In this document: piece after piece, positions 53,763 through 63,544 of the stretch | Numbering within the stretch: position 1 is the first letter of the stretch | How the letters are laid out: the number at the start of each line of letters is the position of its first letter | Origin: Okeania sp. SIO2F5 | GTDB taxonomy: Bacteria; Cyanobacteriota; Cyanobacteriia; Cyanobacteriales; Microcoleaceae | Assembly: GCF_010692685.1 (NCBI RefSeq) | Contig: NZ_JAAHGU010000008.1 | Coordinates: 105,619-169,618 of the forward strand | Reading direction: 5' to 3' | DNA length: 64,000 nt | The notes under the pieces: generated by a model | Database searches by the model: none | What the model saw: the letters and a program-made list of their open reading frames with translations, nothing else | Told to the model about the DNA's origin: nothing | Position numbers and translations under genes: made by a program

Positions 53763-54586
53763 TTTATAGCTAATCTTTAGAAGGAGAAATAATGACTATT
53801 TTCTTGCCAGTTCAATAATTTATAGCTAATCTTTAGTAAGCATTCAGCAGGAAGAGTTGACCACGAATAACTAAATGCTTAGAATCTTTTTTGTTAATAA
53901 AGTATAACACGCTCGCTCTTACAGAGTACTTCCCCTTTGTATGTCGGCGATAGCTATTAAGAGGGTTATATCAAATCCGCTCGGGTTCGGTATAAAAAAT
54001 GTTCCATCTTCAGCTATTGCCAAATATGAAGCTTATTTCCCCAAACTCCCCAAACTCCCCACAAATTACACCAATGCTACCGGATTTGATATTATGCGCC
54101 AGCAAAACTACCGTTTCTTCCCTTGAAAAGGGAAGCTTTAAACATGAATTATTTAATTGTTAATTATTCAGTAATTGGTATAGCAATCCGCGCTTATGTT
54201 GTCAGATTTTCTCAATGCAGGGTTTGGTCTCCAAATCCCTTGGCGCTTTGGTTTAGAGACCAAACCCCTACAATTTTTTCTCACGAATGATTTCATATTG
54301 CTATATAAGATTTATATATATTTCTAAACATATATTTGTTTTAGTAAAGAAATGTTTTTAAGCCATTGCATTTCCAAGAAATTTAAGGTAATAAACTAAT
54401 AATCAATTAGGAGCTAAGTAGGAAGGGCTGAATAAAGTTGAGACTTATAACCATCAGTCTCTTGAGAGATATTAAAGTTTTACAAGCAGTCACAGTTCGG
54501 AGTTTTCATACAGAAATAACCTGACTTATTTAACATAACCTACTATCTCCTTTCTATTCTATTAGACCATAATTATTGGTAAATTA

Positions 54587-56149
54587 TTGATGAGTAAAAT
54601 AGCTAATTGGAATCCAGAAAATACAGATTTTTGGCAACAACAAGGATCGAAAATAGCAAATCGTAATCTTTGGTCTTCTATCCCTTGTTTATTATGTGCT
54701 TTTGCTATATGGCTCTATTGGAGCATTATTACCGTACAAATGAAGAACTTAGGTTTTCCATTTGAGACAGCTCAACTTTTTAACTTGAGTGCAGTTGCTG
54801 GACTTACTGGTGCAACTTTACGCATTCCAAATTCCTTCTTAATTGCTATATCCGGGGGAAGAAATGTAATCGTTATCACCACAACATTACTAATTATTCC
54901 CTCATTAGGTACAGGGATAGCTCTACAAAATCCCAATACTCCCTACAGTCTATTCATTATCTTAGCTGCTTTGTCAGGTTTTGGAGGTGGAAATTTTGCT
55001 TCCTCCATGTCTAACATTAGCTTCTTCTTTCCCAAGAAAAATCAAGGAGCAGCTTTAGGTTTAAATGCTGGTTTGGGAAATGTCGGTGTTAGCGTCATGC
55101 AGGTTTTATTGCCTTTTGTGATGACTTTTCCTTTATTCGGACCTTTAAGCGGACAGGGAATTCCTTTACCTACAGATATAGGAGATAAAGCTGCCGGGAC
55201 ATTAGTTTGGATACAAAATTGTGGACTGGTTTGGGTTCCTATTTTGGTCATCCTAGCGATTAATGCTTGGTTTAACATGAATAATTTAATAACAGCTAGT
55301 CCCGATGTTGGTTCAACAATAAAAGACACTTTGATAGCTTTATTAAAATCTCTTGCCCTAATTTTCTGTGCTTTTGTTAGTGCAGCGATCGGGTTATATA
55401 TGCTTCTGGTAGTTAATATCAATATGTGGATTGTTTTACCAATCACAATTGCCTTGACTGTGGTAATTATGGGTATGGTGCAAAAGCCTTTCCAAATTTC
55501 CCTCAGTCCCCAATACCGAATTTTTAAGAATAAGCATAATTGGATTATGACTTGGTTATATACCATGACATTCGGTTCATTTATTGGTTATTCAGCAGCC
55601 TTTCCTTTATTAATTAGAGTTGTATTTGGAGAGTTACCAGATGGTACAGTAAATCCCAATGCGATTAATCCTTTTGCTTATGCTTGGTTAGGTCCTTTAG
55701 TAGGTTCATTGATTCGACCTTTAGGTGGTTGGTTGTCTGACAAACTAGGAGGTGCAAATGTTACTCATTGGGATACAATTGTGATGATTGGTTCAGCTTT
55801 GGGAGTAGCTTATTATGTTAAACAAGCAAGTGTTTCTCAAACTCCTGAAATTTATTTCATGCCATTTCTGCTCCTTTTTCTCATTCTTTTCATTACTACT
55901 GGTATAGGTAATGGTTCAACTTTTCGGATGATTCCTATTATTTTTGAACCTAATCAAGCCGGACCAGTTTTAGGCTGGACTTCAGCCGTTGCTGCTTATG
56001 GTGCGTTTATTATTCCTAAAGTTTTTGGTGGTCAAATCAAAGCTGGTCATCCTGAATATGCACTGTATGGTTTTGCAATTTATTACCTCAGTTGTTTAAT
56101 TGTTAATTGGTGGTTTTATGCCAGAAAAAATGCTGAAATTAGTTGCTAA
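54587..56149 (+). CDS. narK: NNP-family (NarK/NrtP) nitrate/nitrite MFS transporter.
   Basis: Signature GGGNFASSM and GLGNVGVSV motifs. 12 transmembrane helices. Confidence 0.75.
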   Translation: MMSKIANWNPENTDFWQQQGSKIANRNLWSSIPCLLCAFAIWLYWSIITVQMKNLGFPFETAQLFNLSAVAGLTGATLRIPNSFLIAISGGRNVIVITTTLLIIPSLGTGIALQNPNTPYSLFIILAALSGFGGGNFASSMSNISFFFPKKNQGAALGLNAGLGNVGVSVMQVLLPFVMTFPLFGPLSGQGIPLPTDIGDKAAGTLVWIQNCGLVWVPILVILAINAWFNMNNLITASPDVGSTIKDTLIALLKSLALIFCAFVSAAIGLYMLLVVNINMWIVLPITIALTVVIMGMVQKPFQISLSPQYRIFKNKHNWIMTWLYTMTFGSFIGYSAAFPLLIRVVFGELPDGTVNPNAINPFAYAWLGPLVGSLIRPLGGWLSDKLGGANVTHWDTIVMIGSALGVAYYVKQASVSQTPEIYFMPFLLLFLILFITTGIGNGSTFRMIPIIFEPNQAGPVLGWTSAVAAYGAFIIPKVFGGQIKAGHPEYALYGFAIYYLSCLIVNWWFYARKNAEISC

Positions 56150-56195
56150 TTGAGGTTAATTGATAATTTAAAATATGGAGAAATTAATCAGGCAA

Positions 56196-56639
56196 ATACC
56201 TGTAACTCATCTGGAAGATACTCTAAGTAAAATCTGCAAATTGACGGATTTTCATTATGGTTAAATTTGGTTACCTAACCGGGAAAATAATTTATTAGAA
56301 CTTAGCCCTTATCACCATATTGTTGTGGGTAATTACCAAGATAATTTAGAAAAATTTCACCTCTGTAGTCAAGACTTTATCATATCTGAAGGTGAAGGAT
56401 TACCTGGACGAGTTTGGTTATACAAACAGCCGGAATGGATACTAAATGTCTCGGTTGAATCGGAAGGATATTTTTTGAGAAATCAAATTGCTAAAGCTTT
56501 TGGAGTTAGAACTGGCTTTGCTGTTCCTATGATAATCGAGGAAAAAGTATTAATGATTCTTGCTTTTTTTGCTTGTGATATTCGCTCTTATTCATCTGAT
56601 ATTTTAGCACTAGCAATGGATGCAACAATACACTTCTAA
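56196..56639 (+). pseudogene. GAF-domain gene, apparently frameshifted.
   Basis: The C-terminal two thirds of a GAF fold is intact at 56325-56639 (...GEGLPGRVWLYKQPEWILNV...GFAVPMI...). An N-terminal GAF-like segment (LEDTLSKICKLTDFHYG) lies in another frame at 56196-56250, followed by stops. Confidence 0.4.
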
Positions 56640-57014
56640 ACTTTTCTTGGAGTAATTGATACAGCAGATTCCAAGTAGATGAAGTACAGATATTAACAAT
56701 TAAATGTTTCTAGTGCGGGCATCTTGCTCGCTAAGGTAAGGAACTCATCTTAGGAACTGATATGAATCCAGTAATTTTCCCAACTATATGAGAAAATCAT
56801 AGATAAAAATCAGATTAATATGACTACTAAAAATCCATATATGAATCTAAGTTGCTAGTAATGTTTATCCTAAATTTATTTATGGGGTTTAGACAGTAAG
56901 AAAAAATAACTTTTACCAAAAAATTGGGTTTAACGCCTCGCCCTAGAAGGGCGACTTTTTAGTGGTTTTTTTTTAATAAATATGTTATCGTGCTGTTTAG
57001 TTTAGATAGGAATT

Positions 57015-58205
57015 ATGAAAGCTAGATTTAAGTATCGTATCTATCCAACACCGGGACAAAAATACTGATTAGCAAAGCTATTTGGTTGTGTCCGTGTGGT
57101 TTGGAATGATAGCCTAGCTGTTGTCAAGAAAAATATAGATCGGGAGAAAAGAAACCCACGAATTCTCAACTACAAAAACAGTTTATCACTCAATCGAAAA
57201 ATACTGAAGACAGAGAATGGTTATCAGAAGTTTCTGCTATACCATTGCAGCAATCTTTAAATGATTAAAACCAGGCTTATCAAAATTTTTTCAAATCGAC
57301 AAAAGGTCAACAGAAAGGTAGACCTATAAAACCTCCTAAATTTAAAAGTAGAAAGTCAAAGCAAACTGCTAGGTTTACAAAAGGAGGATTTAAAGTTGGT
57401 CAACATAAAGTTTATTTGGCTAAGATTGGAAAGCTGAAAATAGTCTGGTCAAGAGAGTTACCCGCTGCCCCATCATCAGTAACAGTAATCAAAGATTCAG
57501 CTCATAGATATTTCTTGAGTTTTGTAGTAGAAATACAACCAGAAACTTTACCTAAAACTGATAATTCAGTAGGTATAGATTTAGGCATTTCAACCTTTGC
57601 TACATTTAGTGACGGTACAAAAGTTGATGATCCTAAGCCACTTAAGAAAAGAATTAAGAAGCATCGAAAGTTAAGTAAGTCATTATCTCATAAAACTAAG
57701 GGGTCTAGAAGGTATGAGAAAGCGAGAGTAAGAGTTGCCAAATTTTCCTACAGAATGCTACGCAAACATGCCAAACTAAAAGATACGCTTGACAGATTTT
57801 CTGCATAAATTATCTACTAAAATAATTCGTGAAAACCAAACAGTTGTTTTAGAAGATTTAAACGTTTCTGGTATGGTGAAAAAGCGGTGCGACCCCGCGA
57901 CGACGACAGCTCGCTTGCGGAACGCGCACCAAGAGACCGTAAATTATCCAGAGCCATATCAGATTTAGGTTGGAGACAATTTAGGACACTGTTAGAAGGA
58001 AAAACTGAAAAATACGGTCGTGATTTTAGAGTAATTAGCAAGTGGGAACCAACATCACAAAAGTGTTCATGTTGTGGATTCAAGGGTGGAAAGTTAGACC
58101 TTTCAGTAAGGGAGTGGGAATGTCTCAACTGTGGTACAAAACACGACCGTGATGAAAATGCAGCAATAAATATATTGGTCGCGGGCGGGCAGTCCGAGAC
58201 AAAAA
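57015..58205 (+). pseudogene. tnpB: IS200/IS605-family (IS1341-type) tnpB, disrupted by multiple frameshifts, stops and a 51-bp GC-rich insertion.
   Basis: Pieces lie in three frames: MKARFKYRIYPTPGQK (57015), LAKLFGCVRVVWNDSLAV, the 57416-57808 ORF, ...VVLEDLNVSGMVKK, then [insertion], then LSRAISDLGWRQF...CSCCGF...CLNCG...RDENAAINIL. A GC-rich structured 3' flank runs 58190-58375. Confidence 0.75.
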
Positions 58206-58378
58206 ACGGACGCGGAGGCAAGCGTAACCTACCCCCATCCCCTCCCGGGAGGGGAGCAAGAGGGGTGGGTGCAGCAGCCTGTGTTAGCGGAGCTTTGCGC
58301 CAGCAAAACGTCAACCCGCCGAGGAGCTACGGCTCGGTAGGAATCCCCCTGCCTTTAGGCCGGGGAGGATGTCAAAGG

Positions 58379-58957
58379 TTAATTATGCTCAAAATTATTC
58401 CCTTCAATGGAAATTTCTTCTAGGTCAACATAATTTACTTTCCCTAATTTAACTTCCTTGGGCACATTAGTTACCTCATATTTAGTACCTTTGGGAACTA
58501 AAACTTCGCTTTCACTATACATTGCAGAAAAATCACTAATAGACACTCCCGAATGATTATGCTTTACCCGAATCACTACTTGGTAACAATGACCGGAATA
58601 AGTCTCAGCAATCTTTGGATCGCAAGTAAAACTGGTGACTGAATCTAAAGTATAATCTCCGTGGGGTTTTAATTGTTTAATAAAAGATTTTATTGATTTT
58701 TCACTAAAAGACATACCCCGATAAATATCACCATCATAAGCGGGCATTTTGTGCATAAAATTGTTAAGAATTTTAACATTCCCTTCGTTTTTTCCTTCTT
58801 TATCTGCCCGTCTAATTTTACGAAAATCTGAAGTAGTAAATCTTTCAAGTGCGGATAATGATTTTGCTGCTTCAATAGAACTCATTCCGCTTAATTTAGC
58901 AACCTGAGCAACGAGTTTGTTGTTTTCGCAAAGTACAACATTGTTCATAAAGTTCAT
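58379..58957 (-). CDS. ADP-ribosyltransferase-like protein, R-S-E class (C2/C3/Vip2-type fold), 192 aa.
   Basis: Motifs occur in the order YRG (DIYRGMSF), S-T-S-like (DSVTSFT), and a Glu-x-Glu ARTT-loop (MYSESEVLVPKGTKYEV, compare iota toxin EYEVLL). No signal peptide. No partner ORF of 60 aa or more nearby. Confidence 0.5.
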   Translation of the reverse strand: MNFMNNVVLCENNKLVAQVAKLSGMSSIEAAKSLSALERFTTSDFRKIRRADKEGKNEGNVKILNNFMHKMPAYDGDIYRGMSFSEKSIKSFIKQLKPHGDYTLDSVTSFTCDPKIAETYSGHCYQVVIRVKHNHSGVSISDFSAMYSESEVLVPKGTKYEVTNVPKEVKLGKVNYVDLEEISIEGNNFEHN

Positions 58958-59714
58958 CTCAACTCGATACTTTTTATTATCTCCTAAAATTACTCAAAAA
59001 GTAACCCATTCATTTAGATGATTTTTGCCTCATCCATATGGGTGAGTTTGAAGCTTAAAATTGATCCTGATCTAATATTGCCAGCAATTTCTCAATAATT
59101 CTTCAAGAAAATTCAATAAGTATAAATAACTAATAAGTCCTAATAAAATACTATAAATTCTAATTTAATTAGTAAATTAGTAAGAAATAATCTATCAATA
59201 CTTTCCCGATCAACTTGTAAAAGTACAAACTTTAGCAATAACTACCTGGACTTAAATCTTAGCAAGACCTTCCTAAAATATGAAGATAAATTACGGTATT
59301 TTTGAGTGTAGGTTATGACCATGTTATATCATGTCAGCTCGGGTAGCGCGATAGAACTCCGTTCCGCGCTGCGAACATAAAATTCTTAGGTGGCGCGATG
59401 GTATAGCGCTGCGCGCAGGCAACAGCTCATTTGGGAACAGCTCCGGAAGGGGGAATAAAAAGCTGATAATATAAGAATTTTAGCTATTGGACAACTCCTG
59501 CAATTTGTAAATATGCCAGCGAACATTGCTATAGGTGTAAATTCAAGAGGGAACACTGGAAACGGAGCGAAAATGTGAGATATTTCTTCAATATTTAGGG
59601 GAGAATATTTTTATGATACTTAATCATCCGGATATGATGTTATACCAAGTGTGATAAATGTTTGCTACATTATTTTTATACCTAATTAAATGGATTTGAT
59701 ATCAAAGATAGCTC

Positions 59715-60232
59715 GAAAAACTATAACGTTGGAGTTTTTTTGATGGCTCTATTCTATTGCTAGAGTCTGGCAAAAGCCTTAATTTACCGTCGGTACAATA
59801 ATTCCATTCCCCAAGGCGATCGCTTTTGTGGGTCGGTTAAACATCTCAAAACTATTGTACAATAGATAAATAAGAACCCCGTTGAAAAACTATAACGTTG
59901 GAGTTTTTTTTGATTTATCTATTTATTTTATTGCTAGAGTCTGGCAAAAGCCTTAATTTACCGTCGGTACAATAATTCCATTCCCCAAGGCGATCGCTTT
60001 TGTGGGTCGGTTAAACATCTCAAAACTATTGTACAATAGATAAATAAGAACCCCGTTGAAAAACTATAACGTTGGAGTTTTTTTGATGGCTCTATTCTAT
60101 TGCTAGAGTCTGGCAAAAGCCTTAATTTACCGTCGGTGCAATAATTCCATTCCCCAAGATGATCGCTTTTGTGGGTAAGAATTCCGTCGAAAAACTATAA
60201 CGTTGGAGTTTTTTTTGATTTATAGCAATGTG
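59715..60232. repeat. About 3.3 tandem units of a ~172-bp non-coding repeat.
   Basis: The unit begins gaaaaactataacgttggagttttttt and contains ccgtcggtacaataattccattccccaaggcgatcgcttttgtgggtcggttaaac and the palindrome ctattgtacaatag. Confidence 0.8.
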
Positions 60233-60836
60233 CGCTGGTATATTTACATACTACATACAAATCTATAATAGTATTGCAGCGACTGTATGACCTATATTTT
60301 TCATAAATTACGCGCTCGAACTCCGTGACGCTGTCGCGATCGCGTCTTTGTCAAAATGTTCAGGATGCCTGTTCAGGTATTTACAATTTACAGTTAATAA
60401 TTGGCAAAAGCTTGGCCAAAAATTTTGTTTGCGCAGCATTCCGCAGGAAAAGAACCTTAGAAAATGCCACAGCCAAGGTCAATCTTTGTTTTGTGAGACT
60501 GCTGCTTAAGAGATTGGCGATCGCCTGATTATTGAAAAAAAAGATACCATCAGGGTTCTATATAACCGGATTTTATATTACAGCAGTTTTCGAGTTGATC
60601 AGGTACAAGGTACAAGGTACAAAGTTCTATGCTTTTAGGGAATAGAGAACAGGGAACAGCAGTGCAACCCCGCGTCAGCGACAGACGCAAGCGGTCGGAA
60701 TCCGTCTTTTGCTCGCGCAAAGCTCCGCTTTATATGTTGCAGAGCAAAAGGTAAACTACAGACAAAATATAAGTATCTTTGAAGTTTAATAATTACAGAC
60801 TTAATAACTGTATTCTATGTTAATGAAAACTGCTAT

Positions 60837-61345
60837 AAAATGACGGTTATTTAAGTTTTTATGGATAGATATAGAATCAGAAATACTGGGCGATCGCTCT
60901 GTTAAAATTATAGCGTTAGCGGAGCTTTGCGTCAGCAATCGCTCTATTTGCAATGCGCCATATATAGTGTCTTTCCCTAAGTCCTGACTATTTATCAACT
61001 CAAACATCAATTATTATCCAAATATCTAGTATCAGAGCTCAAATATCCTAGGCGTTGGTGATGCGTGGTTATGATTGTGCTTGAATGGCAATTGTCTAAC
61101 TATTAACTGAAAAACATTTTATATTTGGCTAAATTTAGGTTTCATAGCTTGATTCACCAACGCCATATCCTACAATTAAAATGACGGTTATTTAAGTTTT
61201 TATGGATAGATATAGAATCAAAAATAGTAGGTGATCGCTGCAAAAATCATAGCGTTAGCGGAGCTTTGCGTCAGCAATCGCTCTATTTACCATGCGCTAT
61301 ATATAGTGTATTTGCGTAAGTCCTGATGTATTTAATTTAATTGCT
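60837..61345. repeat. Two ~165-bp direct repeats (60837-61000 and 61177-61345) around a short element bounded by an 11-bp inverted repeat.
   Basis: The repeats begin aaaatgacggttatttaagtttttatggatagatatagaatca and contain gcgttagcggagctttgcgtcagcaatcgctctattt. The 11-bp inverted repeat is ggcgttggtga ... tcaccaacgcc. Confidence 0.75.
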
Positions 61346-61386
61346 GTAAATATGTCGGCGACAGTCGAAACAGACGGTAGAGTATG

Positions 61387-61791
61387 TCAATTAATGTGGA
61401 TTTTTTTCAGAGCAGTAATAATCTGACTATTTGCTTGGGGAAATGTAAATTGCTCGATATTATCTAAAGTTACCCACTTAAACTCATCACATTCTATAGT
61501 TTTTGCTGTTCCCCGCAAATAGCGACAATGATAGACATGAAGTGTTACTTTAACTTCAGAATAACTATGTTCTATAGTAATTAAATGTTCTTCTACTGCA
61601 ATCTCAATTCCTAACTCCTCTAAGATTTCTCTTTTAATACAATCTTCTATTGTTTCCCCTGCTTCTATTTTGCCACCTGGAAATTCCCATAAACCGCCAA
61701 ATGCACCCCCAGGTAGTCGTTTATCAATTAAAATTTGTCCTGCTTCATTCCAGATGACAGCAACACCAATTAACTTATGAGGCAATATCAT
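61387..61791 (-). CDS. Nudix hydrolase (MutT-like).
   Basis: Nudix box GGKIEAGETIEDCIKREILEELGI. Confidence 0.8.
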   Translation of the reverse strand: MILPHKLIGVAVIWNEAGQILIDKRLPGGAFGGLWEFPGGKIEAGETIEDCIKREILEELGIEIAVEEHLITIEHSYSEVKVTLHVYHCRYLRGTAKTIECDEFKWVTLDNIEQFTFPQANSQIITALKKIHIN

Positions 61792-61863
61792 ATTTTAATC
61801 TTTTCTATTTCAAACAAAAATCCTCTGGTTAATTAACCAAGAGGACGATCAAAACTTAATTAA

Positions 61864-62205
61864 TTAACCTTCATTATTGCTGATTTGATTTCCTGGCAAA
61901 GATTTTTCAAATGTCATTCTCTGTTCAGCATTTCTGAGAAAATAACCACTGATCATTGCTGAAGCTAATAACTTACCTAAATTTTCTCTACTGGTTGTTA
62001 CACTTACATTAAATTGTTCTGAGGGTAGATTGCCTAAAAGTCCAACAATGTTTCTTTCCATCACTTGAAAAACTTCTTGAGAATTTGGCTTTGATAATTG
62101 AGAAACTGTGTCTGAACTCATAGATTGGACATATTCCCAGAGTAAATTACTTCCTTCTGAACTTTCTTCAAAAAACTCTCGGGTTTGATTTCTTCTATTG
62201 GTCAC
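61864..62205 (-). CDS. DUF760-family protein (cyanobacterial/plastid conserved).
   Basis: The sequence LLWEYVQSMSSDTVSQLSKP...MERNIVGLLGNLPSEQFNVSVTTSRENLGKLLASAMISGYFLRNAEQRM matches DUF760, from memory. Confidence 0.55.
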   Translation of the reverse strand: MTNRRNQTREFFEESSEGSNLLWEYVQSMSSDTVSQLSKPNSQEVFQVMERNIVGLLGNLPSEQFNVSVTTSRENLGKLLASAMISGYFLRNAEQRMTFEKSLPGNQISNNEG

Positions 62206-63544
62206 TTTACTAACTCCGTTTCAGAAACTTTGTTTATATCGACAAATCAAATGTGGTTGATTGACTTAACCACATAATATATTGGGGTTGTTAATATTCT
62301 TACTTCCTATAAACTAATGTAACAGCATAATTGTCACATCAAAGTAGATATAACCGAAATTATTACTTCAGGTATTTCCAATGTCCATTATTTAAAAGCT
62401 AGCTTAAAATGTGCGTAGAAATTATGGCAGCTAGAATATTAACCATTGGTTGGGACAAAATTTGCATATCATTTTAATAGGATCTATAAGTATATATTAT
62501 GAATAATACATTTTGAAGCTTTAAATGTCAATATAACTCAAGTCCGACAGCATCGGTATGATCGAGTGCAAGCAATAACAAATTCAAAAAAGGTAGTGAC
62601 ATCTTAATTGGTAATTGATTCCGACAATAAAAAACCATCAATTCCATAAATTATAAAAATTCAACACTTTTTCCTCTTTTTAATCCTGTTTTTCTTTCCC
62701 TGTTTCCTGTTCCCTATGTTGTGACTGTAGAAATATTTTATGAACTATAAGGAAGAAAGAAAAAGTAGAGATTTACCCAGTTTTTATACAAACGATATCA
62801 ATGGACATGATATGATCGATAAATTGATTTAGAAGCTGAGAAAGCTAAAGCAGAGAAAAAGTATTTTATTTCCTCTGCCTCTTGTTCTATTTCTTTACAG
62901 GGTTATTGACATCCTCACTCGTTAAATCGCTCGATTATAACGAGGAATTCCCAAACCTCATGATTTAGGTTTACTGCTTGAGTGGCACTTATCTAGATTG
63001 TTTCCAACCCCCGACAGTGCGCCTACACAGTCAATTTGTTGAACCACTATCTGTAAAGGCGGCAGTAACACCTCAATGACAAATCACTTTTGCAACTGAC
63101 ACATGACGCATTATTTCGTGATTATAACATAATTCGGTAGTGGTGTACAAGTAGCAATCTTCTTAAAAAAATTAAGTGGGCAAGCAAATACTATTCCGAT
63201 AAAACGATTGAATTAGATATATTTTCTCTTGCCTTTTGCCAGATGAGTGGTGTTAAGTTAGACTCTTGCAAATCAAGGTCAGTATCTGTTTTTATTTTGG
63301 TCACGATTCACCTTCCGGTAAATCTAAGATTATACCGAGAGTCCTCTCGCTCCATTTTAGATAGGTTTTGATAAACTCCCGACGCTACACTTGAGCAACA
63401 ACGCGGGATTATTCAACCCGCAGAAGAGTTGCAGCTTGTATAGAGGTAATGTCTTCCCCCTATGCCCATTAGTATTCCATATTATGGCTCTCCCATAGGG
63501 CCTTGAATCAAATATTATAGGGTGGGGACTTTCCGCCAGAAAAG

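Noticed and set aside
53941-54126. 61-aa ORF
   Set aside because: It lies in a dispersed repeat (gggttatatcaaatcc..tcgggttcggtataaaaaa plus an STRR) that also occurs at 49293-49350.
55042-55566. 174-aa ORF antisense to narK
   Set aside because: It is embedded antisense within the transporter gene and has no motifs.
57817-58423. ORFs 57817-58314 (-) and 57887-58423 (+) as independent genes
   Set aside because: The plus ORF is the C-terminal fragment of the disrupted tnpB fused to its GC-rich 3' flank. The minus ORF is an antisense artefact of the same GC-rich segment (Pro/Gly/Ala-rich).
58690-58875. 61-aa ORF overlapping the ART gene in another frame
   Set aside because: The ART frame has coherent motifs. 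This overlapping frame does not.
59715-60232. Possible CRISPR array
   Set aside because: Same reasoning: about 172-bp full-unit tandem repeats without spacers.
60325-61010. ORFs 60325-60528 (+) and 60801-61010 (-)
   Set aside because: They lie in repeat and GC-island DNA with no motifs.
62230-63544. Possible 6S, SRP or RNase P RNA in the long intergenic region upstream of the DUF760 gene
   Set aside because: I could not find any of the conserved signature sequences for these RNAs, so I did not call them.
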